DNA of 44,021 nt from a bacterium (GTDB taxonomy: Bacteria > SZUA-182 > DTGQ01 > JAFGSM01). The translations under genes were made by a program, and so were the position numbers. The stretch is taken from NCBI GenBank assembly GCA_049472355.1, contig JBLIRP010000022.1:1-44021 (forward strand), in the 5' to 3' direction. The notes beneath the pieces are model-generated. The model was not told the DNA's origin, did not search any database, and was given only the letters and a program-made list of their open reading frames with translations. This document shows positions 9,300 through 18,607 of the stretch, in pieces; within the stretch, counting starts at the first letter, position 1, and every line of letters begins with the position of its first letter.

Positions 9300-10634
9300 A
9301 TGGGCAACAATAAGAAAAGATTCCTTTGGAACATCCTTTTTTTGATCACTGTGTTATGTCTTTTTATGATGTACACTGCACCGTCGGTGTATGCGCAGTT
9401 TTTCCCGGTCGATCCCGCACTCGGCGGCTTCGGATTCGGCGGCTTCGGTGCCCCGTTCTCGGGGTTCTACGGTCCCCAGCAGGGCGCTGGATTCTTCGGT
9501 CTCCAGCAGGGAGGCGGATTCTTCGCCCCCCAGTTCCCCCAACAAGGAGGTCTCCCCTACCAGGGTACAGGATTCAATCAGGGCTATGCACCATACAATG
9601 CCGCCTTTCCCAATGTCCCCTATGCGCCGATCTCATCGAATAGCTCCGATTCATCGGACTCCGATACCAGAACGTACCAATCCTATAATCAAGGATACAA
9701 CCCCGGTTTCAATACCGGATACAACCCCGGTTTCCTGCCGGGCGGGTTGCCCACAACAGGTGTCTTCGGCCCGGCAGCAGCCATGAACGTGCAGCAGGCA
9801 GGAATCCAGCCATTCGGATACGCCGGTTTTGCACCCGCCGCTGCTGCGGGATTCGCCCCCTTCGGGCAGCCTGCGGGATTCGCCCCCTTCGGGCAGCCTG
9901 CGGGATTCGCCCCCTTCGGGCAGCCTGCGGGAGCAATGAATCCATTCATGGGCGGCATGGTAAACCCCTTTGCCACGCAAATGGGACCATTCATGCAGCC
10001 CGTCCAAATGGGTCCCTTCGGCCCTCAGGTAATGGCTCCCTGGAATCAAAATTTCATGCGGCAGCAGCAGGGCTTCAATCCATGGAATCCATATGCAGTG
10101 AATCCATACAACCCCTATCCCAATACCGGAGGCAATAGCAGCAATAATGACAACGGAGGCGGAGGCACTGAAGTCACCGACGACATCCCCGATATACGCG
10201 GCTACTGGTCCGGCACCTGGACGATCCTGGAATTCGAGACCGATCCGAACGGCAAGGATATTATCGTGGAAACGGGGGGAGGAGACATCCTCTTCCATAT
10301 CACCTATCAGAAAATGACCGGTGGCGACCTCAGCGGAACGGTGAAGATCACCGAATGGGAAGTCGAGGACTGTTCGGATTGGTACGGCGAATCGGATGAG
10401 ATAAAGCTCACCGGATGGGTCGACAAGTCCAGCAGATTGCTCTATGCGCACTACCTCAATTTCACCGGGGATGAGCTCCAGAGCGATCTGTCCAATCTCA
10501 TCTGCGATTATACCTGGAACTTCAATAACCTGAAGATAAAGGATACCGGTTTTTCCGGAAATTTCTCGATTCATGGGACCAACGAATACTATGTTATCGG
10601 TAGCTTCAATGTAGGGAAATATCAACCACAATAA
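9300..10634 (+). CDS. Secreted protein with F/G/P/Q/N-rich disordered region and C-terminal putative beta-barrel domain
   Basis: GAGGAGG RBS. Signal peptide ending VYA|Q. About 250 aa of low-complexity sequence. C-terminal domain starts IRGYWSGTW. Confidence 0.82.
   Translation: MGNNKKRFLWNILFLITVLCLFMMYTAPSVYAQFFPVDPALGGFGFGGFGAPFSGFYGPQQGAGFFGLQQGGGFFAPQFPQQGGLPYQGTGFNQGYAPYNAAFPNVPYAPISSNSSDSSDSDTRTYQSYNQGYNPGFNTGYNPGFLPGGLPTTGVFGPAAAMNVQQAGIQPFGYAGFAPAAAAGFAPFGQPAGFAPFGQPAGFAPFGQPAGAMNPFMGGMVNPFATQMGPFMQPVQMGPFGPQVMAPWNQNFMRQQQGFNPWNPYAVNPYNPYPNTGGNSSNNDNGGGGTEVTDDIPDIRGYWSGTWTILEFETDPNGKDIIVETGGGDILFHITYQKMTGGDLSGTVKITEWEVEDCSDWYGESDEIKLTGWVDKSSRLLYAHYLNFTGDELQSDLSNLICDYTWNFNNLKIKDTGFSGNFSIHGTNEYYVIGSFNVGKYQPQ
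9844..9932 (+). repeat. Perfect 27-bp coding tandem repeat x3.3 (AGFAPFGQP)
   Basis: CTGCGGGATTCGCCCCCTTCGGGCAGC at 9844, 9871 and 9898, partial at 9925. Confidence 0.95.
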
Positions 10635-10675
10635 CCCCGGCGCAGATTCTTTGCGGCGATAGAGAATGACGCGAA

Positions 10676-10712
10676 CGACGCCCGTCGATACCATTGACGG
10701 GCGTCGGTTTCT
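10676..10712 (+). terminator. Hairpin/terminator after the 9300 gene
   Basis: 11-bp perfect stem CGACGCCCGTC/GACGGGCGTCG followed by GTTTCT. Confidence 0.6.
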
Positions 10713-10861
10713 GCCCGAAGCGTAATTTTTTGGATTTTTTTTGCGTCTTTTATACCAGGAATACTCCAGTTTTTTTATCCATTTATCATGAAGGGGAGGT
10801 GAATTGATTCTGATTTTCTAACTATCTCTGTCTTTATACAAAGAAAGGAGATTGCAAGGTT

Positions 10862-12079
10862 ATGAGTGAGAAAAGGTTATCGAGAGTCTTGGTTATCGGT
10901 TTGATCGTGGGCCTTGGAATCATGCTGTCCGTTTGTTTCTCGGGGTATGCCCAGATATTGCCTCCTATTCCTATTAATTATTATATTCCTACTAGTTACG
11001 AAACCAATTATGTGCAAACGACCCCCTTCACCACTTCAGCAATGAATTCGTCCTACTATCGTGACATCTATACCACATACGGGACCCAAAACACGGCATT
11101 TTCCAACCCCTTCGCCACCTACGGCTCTTCCTCCATGCTTTATACCGATCCTTTTTCACAGGCGGCTTCCAATACCATGTCGTATCAAAATGTCTTTGGG
11201 CAACGCTTTGAAACAGGCCAGGAATTTTACAGGGACCCCTTCTATGCGGCCGGAGGGAAATATACGAATTATTCCTCTCTTATCGGAGGGTTCTCGTCTG
11301 AGATGGGGTATACCATGACCCCGTTTGGAGGCACCACCCACCTGGGGAGTTCATTGACCACACCGTGGACGCACATCGAGACGAATATCAATACGGCAGC
11401 GGGCATTGCAGGTGCCGGTACCAGCATCCAACACGCGGCATTCGGTATGCCTACCGTGTACAATATGATGGGATTTAATCCTGCGGTTGCAGGCCAATTG
11501 TCCCTCATAACCTATGGACACGAAACCGCAGCAATGGACAGGATGCTGAGCAATACATACGCCTATACCAAGGAAGGGATGGCGTATATCCCCGTTGCCA
11601 GCTACTATAATGCAAACAGCGTGGGCGGCACGAACTATTTCTTCGCCGGAGATATCAGCTATCAAGAGGCCGGGATGACCCCTGCCGGCAGCTATTCGGT
11701 AGTTCAGGAAGTACCGGATTCGATGGTTGGCTATGCAGGCGCCTCATTGGCAACCTCTGCGGCCCTTTATAATGCTGCCTTTCTGGGCAGCGCTACTGCT
11801 GGAGGCTTGGTCGGCGGCGCAACCGCTGCCTCAACAGGCGGCTCCGGCGCCGTGTTTGCCGGCTGGGGTGCGGCTCCTAGCGGTTCGTATGGTGGTTCGT
11901 TTGGCGTTGTATCCGGCGGATGGGGTGCACCTGCAGGCGGATTTGCAACCGGCGGCGGTGTCTTTGGCGGCGGGATAGGCGCAACCTCTGGTTTTGGTAT
12001 CGGGGGCGGCGGCGCTGTCGGCGGCGGATTTGTCAGCGCAGGCGGAGCCACTTACGGCGGCACCAATGTGGGCTGGTAA
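10862..12079 (+). CDS. Secreted protein with 14-aa tandem repeats and Gly/Ala/Phe-rich C-terminus
   Basis: AAAGGAG RBS. Signal peptide ending GYA|Q. T/S/Y/F repeat region and Gly-rich tail. Confidence 0.82.
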   Translation: MSEKRLSRVLVIGLIVGLGIMLSVCFSGYAQILPPIPINYYIPTSYETNYVQTTPFTTSAMNSSYYRDIYTTYGTQNTAFSNPFATYGSSSMLYTDPFSQAASNTMSYQNVFGQRFETGQEFYRDPFYAAGGKYTNYSSLIGGFSSEMGYTMTPFGGTTHLGSSLTTPWTHIETNINTAAGIAGAGTSIQHAAFGMPTVYNMMGFNPAVAGQLSLITYGHETAAMDRMLSNTYAYTKEGMAYIPVASYYNANSVGGTNYFFAGDISYQEAGMTPAGSYSVVQEVPDSMVGYAGASLATSAALYNAAFLGSATAGGLVGGATAASTGGSGAVFAGWGAAPSGSYGGSFGVVSGGWGAPAGGFATGGGVFGGGIGATSGFGIGGGGAVGGGFVSAGGATYGGTNVGW

Positions 12080-12143
12080 TGATAGTGACCTCTAAAAGGT
12101 AATTGACTTCGGTTTCACTGATTTTGATTTTTGCATGTTCGCG

Positions 12144-12183
12144 GGCCCGGTTGGAGGAAATGACCCTTCAAACGGGCCTTTTT
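12144..12183 (+). terminator. Intrinsic terminator
   Basis: GGCCCGGTTGGAGG...CCTTCAAACGGGCC followed by TTTTT. Confidence 0.7.
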
Positions 12184-12284
12184 GCGCATCGAGCACGTTC
12201 ATTTATAGTCAAGCTGCATGGTATCGCCCGACGATTCTCATTATTCCATGGGCGTGTTGTGGGCGGGTATATTTATGCTGCGTC

Positions 12285-12413
12285 GCTTCCCTCCGCATAG
12301 CAAGCTTGGTTGGTGAAGTCGCAGGCCTGTGAGGTAACCGGGAGGGGTTTATAGTGGCTCCGCTGCGCTCCGCCCTGGCAAGCTTGGGTGCTCCGCTCTG
12401 GCAAGCTTGGGTG
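12285..12413. repeat. Diverged copy of the 77-bp repeat (family A) plus a partial unit
   Basis: GCAAGCTTGGTTGG.GAAGTCG..GGCC...GGTAACCGGG...ATAGTGGCTCCGCT.CGCTCCGCCCTGGCAAGCTTGG matches 35398-35651. Confidence 0.85.
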
Positions 12414-12425
12414 GGCGTTACCCAT

Positions 12426-12454
12426 TTGACTCTTCGAAAACCTTAGGCTATCCT
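12426..12454 (+). promoter_or_regulatory. Putative sigma70 promoter of the pyrK operon
   Basis: TTGACT-17 nt-TATCCT, about 20 nt upstream of the pyrK start. Confidence 0.55.
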
Positions 12455-12475
12455 CTCAGGTAACAAGGAGGATAC

Positions 12476-13303
12476 ATGGGCGTCATCACCCGCAATCTTG
12501 AACAGGCATCCGGCCTGTATCTATTATCCGTTGAATTTCCCGAAAACAGGCAGCAACCCGAACCGGGTCAATTCTATATGCTCCGCTGCAGCCCCTGCAC
12601 CGATCCCCTTCTCAGACGACCGCTGAGCATCCATGGATATTGCGCAGAAGGCGAGAGAGGGAACCCTCGGTGTGATTTCCTCTACCGGGTGGCGGGAAAG
12701 GGGACCGCGCTCCTGTCGCGCATGGGACCGGCGGACCCTCTGGATGTCATGGGCCCCCTGGGCACGGGATTCGGTCTTCCCCCCTCCCTGGAATACGCAC
12801 TGCTCATTGCCGGTGGAATCGGCATCGCCCCCCTTCCCTATCTTGCCGAGATCCTTGCGGAGAAAAATACATCCGCCCATATACGTCTGCTCTTCGGTGC
12901 ACGGACCGCGGAACATATCATCGCCATGGAACGATTCAAACGGCCGGGGATCGAGATCTCCCTGTACACCGAGGACGGGACCATGGGGAGGAAGGGGTGC
13001 GTCACCGACGATCTGGGCACGGAACTCAATGCCTGTGATCAGGAACGGTCCAAGGTCTTCGCCTGCGGTCCAGACGGGATGCTCGCAGCGGTTGCGCGGC
13101 AATGCATCAGTGCGGGGATCCCCTGTCAGGTCTCCCTCGATCGGCATATGGCCTGTGGCGTTGGTGCATGCCAGGGGTGCGTGGTGAAGGGGACGCACCA
13201 GGGGCACCCCGAAGGGGGAGACTATGTGCGGGTATGCAGCGACGGCCCGGTGTTTGAAGCACGGGAAATCCTATGGTCAGGAGGGGAACAGTGCCCTCGT
13301 TAG
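12476..13303 (+). CDS. pyrK: Dihydroorotate dehydrogenase electron transfer subunit
   Basis: PGQF, LRRPLS, GPLG.GF, AGGIGIAP, ACGP, MACGVGACQGC and VCSDGPVF. Confidence 0.95.
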   Translation: MGVITRNLEQASGLYLLSVEFPENRQQPEPGQFYMLRCSPCTDPLLRRPLSIHGYCAEGERGNPRCDFLYRVAGKGTALLSRMGPADPLDVMGPLGTGFGLPPSLEYALLIAGGIGIAPLPYLAEILAEKNTSAHIRLLFGARTAEHIIAMERFKRPGIEISLYTEDGTMGRKGCVTDDLGTELNACDQERSKVFACGPDGMLAAVARQCISAGIPCQVSLDRHMACGVGACQGCVVKGTHQGHPEGGDYVRVCSDGPVFEAREILWSGGEQCPR

Positions 13304-14223
13304 CGGTTTCCTTTGCCGGACTCACCCTCAAGAATCCCGTCGTGCTCGCCTCAGGCACCTGCGGATACGGGGTGGAATATGCCCCGTTCCTCGACCTCAA
13401 CCGCCTCGGTGGGATCGTGGTCAAGGGGATCTCCCTCGCCCCCAGGCAGGGAAATCCCCCTCCCAGGATCATCGAGACACCCTCGGGCATGCTCAACGCC
13501 ATCGGGCTTCAAAACATAGGATGGCGCGCCTTTGTGACCGAGTATCTGCCCAGACTTTCCGCATTCGAGACCAAGGTCATCGTGAACATCTACGGTCACA
13601 CCGTCGGGGAGTACCGCGAGGTGGCGCAGCGACTCTCGGAGCATCCGGGGATCCATGCCCTGGAGATCAATGTCTCCTGCCCGAATGTAGACAAGGGAGG
13701 GCTCGCCTTTGGAACGGACCCTGCCTGCACCTTTCAGGTCACCGAGGCGGTCAAAAAGGCGACCCATCTGCCGGTCATCACCAAGCTCTCCCCGAACGTG
13801 ACGGATATCCGCCCCATTGCCAAGGCTGCGGAGGAGGCGGGTGCGGATGCCCTCTCCCTTATCAATACCCTCCTGGGAATGACCGTGGATGTCCGCTCAA
13901 GACGCCCGCACCTTGCCAACATCACCGGCGGTCTCTCAGGCCCGGCCATCCGGCCGGTGGCCCTGCGCATGGTGTGGGAGGCGGTCAGGGCCGTTGCCCT
14001 GCCGGTCATAGGGATGGGGGGGATCCTGAATCCCGAGGATGCGCTCGCATTCCTCATGGTGGGCGCCATCGCCGTTCAGATCGGCACCGGCCTCTTCGTG
14101 GATCCCTGCTGTCCGGTCAGGGTGCTGGAGGGGATGGAATCCTTCCTGCACGAGGGGGGGATCGAGGATATCCGGCACATCATAGGACGCCTTGACACCT
14201 CGACTGCGAGGGATGATCAATGA
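13291..14223 (+). CDS. pyrD: Dihydroorotate dehydrogenase family 1B catalytic subunit
   Basis: LKNPVVLASGT, NAIGLQN, EINVSCPN, KLSPNVTD and GGLSGPAI. GTG start after AGGAGGGG. Confidence 0.96.
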   Translation: MPSLAVSFAGLTLKNPVVLASGTCGYGVEYAPFLDLNRLGGIVVKGISLAPRQGNPPPRIIETPSGMLNAIGLQNIGWRAFVTEYLPRLSAFETKVIVNIYGHTVGEYREVAQRLSEHPGIHALEINVSCPNVDKGGLAFGTDPACTFQVTEAVKKATHLPVITKLSPNVTDIRPIAKAAEEAGADALSLINTLLGMTVDVRSRRPHLANITGGLSGPAIRPVALRMVWEAVRAVALPVIGMGGILNPEDALAFLMVGAIAVQIGTGLFVDPCCPVRVLEGMESFLHEGGIEDIRHIIGRLDTSTARDDQ

Positions 14224-15971
14224 TCCCCGCCCGGTGGACCTTCAGGGAGCCATCATCCATGGAAACGATCGACCGACTGGCCAGTGCCCTGGACCTGCAC
14301 CCGGTGGTGTGTCAAATCCTCGCCCAGCGCGGATTCGACACCCCCGAATCGATCACCGGGTTTCTCCGGCCCGACCTGGCCTCGATACACAACCCATTTC
14401 TTCTGAAAGACATGCACCAGGCGGTGGAACGGATCGATCGTGCCCTGAAAAAAGGCCGGCCCATGCTCGTATATGGCGACTACGATGTTGACGGCATCAC
14501 CGCATCGGCGATGCTGGCCGAGTGCCTCACCGGATACGGGGGGAAGGTGCAGGTCCGCCTCCCCAACCGGGTCACCGAGGGATACGGTCTTCACCCCCGG
14601 GTGATCGAAGAGGCCCACCGGAACGGCATCGCTTTGATCATCACCGTGGACTGCGGCGTATCGGATCATGCGGCTGCGACACGTGCACGCGATCTGGGGA
14701 TCGATCTCATCGTTACGGATCACCACCATCCTCCGGATATCCTGCCCGAGGCCGCCGCCATCATCAATCCCAAACAATTGGACTGCCCATATCCCTATAA
14801 GGACCTTGCCGGGGTCGGGGTGGCGCTCAAACTGGTGCAGGCCCTTGCCCTCTCCCGCCAGGGGCGGCAGATGAGCCTCCACCAGGTGGGATACTGGCCT
14901 GAGGCGCTCAACCGGTACCTGGACCTGGTGTGCCTGGGCACGATTGCGGACGTCATGCCCCTCACCGGGGAGAACAGGGTGCTGGTGAAATTCGGGCTGG
15001 AGGCACTGCGCGATACCATACGGCCCGGCCTGTGGGCGCTCAAGGAGGCATCCGGGATCAATGGAAAGGAGATGACCGCGGGAGCGGTGGGGTTCGTGCT
15101 CGCCCCCAGGATCAACGCCACCGGAAGGATGCAGGGACCCGAGGCGGGACTGCGGCTCCTCATGACGGACTCCGCCCAGGAGGGGGAGCACCTCGCCCGC
15201 CTTTTGAATCAACAGAATCAGAAACGACGCGAGGTCGAGGAGGGGATCCTTCGCACCGCACACCGCAAGATCAAGGAGGGATTCTATCTCGAGGAGGAGA
15301 TGGCGATCATCCTTGCCGATTCCGACTGGCATCCGGGGGTTATCGGAATCGTGGCCCAGAAGCTGGTGGAGGAGTTCTACCGGCCCGCCATCCTCATTTC
15401 CCTGCAATCCGGAATCGGAAAGGGATCGGCGCGCTCCATCCCCTGCATCCATCTCTATGCATTGCTCGAGCATTGCCGGCACCTGCTGAAGGACTTCGGG
15501 GGACATGCCCGCGCCGCCGGTCTCACCATAGACGAGGGGATGATCCCCGCCTTCAGGAAGCGGGCAAACGAGGTCCTGAACGAGCACTACATCAGGGAGG
15601 AACTGGTACCGGAGATGACCGTAGACGCAGTCATCGACGGGAATTCCCTCGACACCTCCCTCGTCGAGCAGTTGGAGATCCTCGCCCCCTTCGGAAGCGC
15701 AAACCCCGAGCCGGCCCTCTGCATGAAGGGATTGTGCCAGACCACACCTCCCCGCCTCCTGAAAGACGCGCACATCAAGGTCCGTTTCAGGGGCACATCG
15801 GGGATACATGAGGCCATCGGATTCAACATGCGGCATGTGTGGGAGCGGATGACCGGTTCCCTGGGGGAGCATGCCTGGGATGTGGTCTTTTACCCCCAAA
15901 TCAACAATTGGCAGGGAGCGCGCACCATTCAGCTCCGGCTCAAGGACATAAAGGCCCATGCTTCGCATTGA
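14220..15971 (+). CDS. recJ: Single-stranded-DNA exonuclease RecJ
   Basis: YGDYDVDG, TVDCG, TDHH, GTIADVMPL, PRINA.GR, GSARS, GGHA.AAG and PFG..NP. Confidence 0.97.
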   Translation: MIPARWTFREPSSMETIDRLASALDLHPVVCQILAQRGFDTPESITGFLRPDLASIHNPFLLKDMHQAVERIDRALKKGRPMLVYGDYDVDGITASAMLAECLTGYGGKVQVRLPNRVTEGYGLHPRVIEEAHRNGIALIITVDCGVSDHAAATRARDLGIDLIVTDHHHPPDILPEAAAIINPKQLDCPYPYKDLAGVGVALKLVQALALSRQGRQMSLHQVGYWPEALNRYLDLVCLGTIADVMPLTGENRVLVKFGLEALRDTIRPGLWALKEASGINGKEMTAGAVGFVLAPRINATGRMQGPEAGLRLLMTDSAQEGEHLARLLNQQNQKRREVEEGILRTAHRKIKEGFYLEEEMAIILADSDWHPGVIGIVAQKLVEEFYRPAILISLQSGIGKGSARSIPCIHLYALLEHCRHLLKDFGGHARAAGLTIDEGMIPAFRKRANEVLNEHYIREELVPEMTVDAVIDGNSLDTSLVEQLEILAPFGSANPEPALCMKGLCQTTPPRLLKDAHIKVRFRGTSGIHEAIGFNMRHVWERMTGSLGEHAWDVVFYPQINNWQGARTIQLRLKDIKAHASH

Positions 15972-18105
15972 GGACATCACGGATCGGGTTCGATTGTATA
16001 TCCCCGATCCGGATATCGATATCATAAACCGCGCCTATATCTTTTCGGCAAAGGTCCACAAGGGGCAGACCCGGGCATCGGGCGGTCCCTACCTCGAACA
16101 CCCCCTCGAGGTATCGGGCATTCTCGCGGGGATGAAACTGGACGAGGTGACGGTTTCCGCAGGGCTGCTGCACGATACCGTCGAGGACACCCTGACCGGC
16201 ATCGACGAGATCAAGGACCTCTTCGGTGAGGAAATCGCCTTCATCGTTGACGGTTTGAGCAAAATCGGTCAGATATCCTTCGAAAGCCAGGCAGCCGAGC
16301 AGGCGGAAAATTATCGAAAGATGATCCTGGCGATTGCCAAGGACATCCGGGTCATCTTGATAAAACTTGCCGACCGCCTCCACAATATGAGGACCCTGCA
16401 CTTTTTGGGCGAAGCGAGCAGGAGGCGTATCGCCCAGGAGACCATGGATATCTATGCCCCCTTTGCCAATCGGCTGGGTATGGCACGCATCAAGTCAGAG
16501 CTCGAGGACCTCTCCTTCAGGTACCTGGAACCGGAGATCTACGAGGAATTGGTCAAAAACATCGAAAGCACCAAGAAGGAGACCATGCGTCTGATCGAGG
16601 AGGCCATCGGGATCATCACCAAGGAACTGGAGACATTCGGCATATCCTGCACCGTTTACGGCAGGCCAAAGCACATCTACAGCATCTATCAAAAGATGGT
16701 CAGGAAGGAGATCTCCTTCGAACAGGTGTTCGATCAGCGCGGCATCAGGATCATCACCCAGTCGGTGAGGGACTGCTACGCGGTCCTGGGGGTCATCCAT
16801 TCCCTGTGGAAACCGGTGCCCGGGGAATTCGACGACTACATCGCCATGCCCAAGCCCAACATGTATCAATCCCTGCATACGGTGGTCATCGGCCCCGGCG
16901 TGCAACCACTGGAGATCCAGATACGCACCGACGATATGAACAAAACCGCGGAGGAGGGAATCGCGGCTCACTGGCGTTACAAGGAAAAGGGAAAAATCGA
17001 CGACAAATATGACCAAAAGCTTTTCTGGTTGCGACAGTTGATGGAGTGGGTGCAGGAGCTGAAGGACCCCAACGAATTTCTCCGCATGATGAAGGTGGAC
17101 CTCTTCCAGGACGAGGTCTTCGTATTCACCCCAAAGGGAGAGGTCAAGGGGCTTCCCAAGGATGCCACCCCCGTTGATTTTGCCTACAGCATCCACACGG
17201 ACGTCGGGGACCACTGTGTGGGCGCCATTGTCAATGGAAAGATCGTTCCGTTGAATTCCACACTCAAGACAGGGGATGTGGTCAAGATCAACACCTCAGC
17301 GAACCATAAACCGAACAGGGATTGGCTCAAATTCGTGAAATCGCCGAAGGCGATACAGAAGATCAAGCACTGGATCAAGGTGGAGGAGCGGCAGAGGAGC
17401 ATATCCATGGGAAGGGACATCCTGGACAAGGTGGCGCGAAAATACGACCTCACCTACAACAAGCTTCTCCACGAGGGGATGCTCACCCAGGCGGCCAAGA
17501 GGTTTTCCTACCAGGGGATCGAGGAATTCCTCGCAGACATCGGATACGGGAAGATCTCGGCAAAGCAGGTCATCCAATATATCGCCCCCCACGAACAGCC
17601 GAAGGAGAAGAAGGAGGCCTCTGCGGTGCAAAAGGCGGTGCGCCGCATCACCAGGAAAAAGAAGGAAGGGGTCAGCATAAAGGGGCTGGATGACGTATTG
17701 GTGCGTTTTGCAAAATGCTGCAACCCTGTGCCCGGGGACCCGATATGCGGCTTCATCACCCGGGGAAAGGGGATCACCGTGCACCGGGTGGACTGCCCCA
17801 ACAGTCAGTCCCTCGGTCTCGGCTCGGACCGCCAGATCGAGGTGGCATGGGATGTAAAGGACCACCGGCCCTTTCCCGTAGGGCTCAATGTCCTCTCACT
17901 TGATCGCAGGGGACTGCTCGCGGATGTCACCACCGCCATTTCCAATCAAAAGGGGAACATTATCTCGGCGAGCGTGAAGACCACGGAACATCAGTCGGCA
18001 ATCAGCAACTTCATGATCGAGATCACCGATCTGGATCATCTGAAAAGGATCATAAACGCCGTACGCAGGATTTCCGGGGTGCTCCAGGTGGAACGTACCC
18101 GGTAA
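15958..18105 (+). CDS. rel: Bifunctional (p)ppGpp synthetase/hydrolase (long RSH, RelA/SpoT family)
   Basis: HD hydrolase (LLHDTVED), KLADRLHNMRT, RPKH, YQSLHT, TGS, CC and ACT domains. Confidence 0.97.
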   Translation: MLRIEDITDRVRLYIPDPDIDIINRAYIFSAKVHKGQTRASGGPYLEHPLEVSGILAGMKLDEVTVSAGLLHDTVEDTLTGIDEIKDLFGEEIAFIVDGLSKIGQISFESQAAEQAENYRKMILAIAKDIRVILIKLADRLHNMRTLHFLGEASRRRIAQETMDIYAPFANRLGMARIKSELEDLSFRYLEPEIYEELVKNIESTKKETMRLIEEAIGIITKELETFGISCTVYGRPKHIYSIYQKMVRKEISFEQVFDQRGIRIITQSVRDCYAVLGVIHSLWKPVPGEFDDYIAMPKPNMYQSLHTVVIGPGVQPLEIQIRTDDMNKTAEEGIAAHWRYKEKGKIDDKYDQKLFWLRQLMEWVQELKDPNEFLRMMKVDLFQDEVFVFTPKGEVKGLPKDATPVDFAYSIHTDVGDHCVGAIVNGKIVPLNSTLKTGDVVKINTSANHKPNRDWLKFVKSPKAIQKIKHWIKVEERQRSISMGRDILDKVARKYDLTYNKLLHEGMLTQAAKRFSYQGIEEFLADIGYGKISAKQVIQYIAPHEQPKEKKEASAVQKAVRRITRKKKEGVSIKGLDDVLVRFAKCCNPVPGDPICGFITRGKGITVHRVDCPNSQSLGLGSDRQIEVAWDVKDHRPFPVGLNVLSLDRRGLLADVTTAISNQKGNIISASVKTTEHQSAISNFMIEITDLDHLKRIINAVRRISGVLQVERTR

Positions 18106-18121
18106 ACCGCATAGGGCTTCC

Positions 18122-18313
18122 CTATATGGCCTTTACCACCTTCCGGGCCTTGATGCATCGAGTACACACCTTCATGCGCCGAACGGTCCCCCCTTGCAGG
18201 ACCTTTATCGACTGGATATTGGGAAGCCATCTGCGCTTTGTCTTATTGTGTGCGTGGCTCACACTGAACCCGATGCCAGGTCCCTTACCACAGATATCAC
18301 ATCGTCTGGACAT
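18122..18313 (-). CDS. rpmB: 50S ribosomal protein L28
   Basis: [10 protein letters not shown]...[15 protein letters not shown]...VCTRC. Start trimmed to ATG 18313 with GGAGG upstream. Confidence 0.96.
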   Translation of the reverse strand: MSRRCDICGKGPGIGFSVSHAHNKTKRRWLPNIQSIKVLQGGTVRRMKVCTRCIKARKVVKAI

Positions 18314-18607
18314 GCTCATTCCCCTCCAACACCATACTGAATTTCGCCTCAGGGCCCATCCGGTTTTCACCAGGAACCCTCTTCGCGCACAAGTGCCTGG
18401 ATGTTTTGACATAACAAAGTTTAATATGATAGCATTCTTTTTCTCATGTTGCAAACAAGCCCTGGGGGTTTCGGCGATTCCAATTTTGGCGGTGCGTCGT
18501 TGTGGGCTGACGATTCAAAATTGGGGTTGCCTGAGGGAGACAATGAGAGAAACACCCTTGAACACTTCATGCACTATGCGTGATCAAAGGGATCGGAATT
18601 ATTCCCA

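Noticed and set aside
1887..12079. Low-complexity proteins as RiPP precursors for the radical SAM enzymes in the window
   Set aside because: Both radical SAM genes belong to non-RiPP families (TIGR01212, KamA), show no SPASM/RRE features, and are not operonically linked to these Sec-exported proteins.
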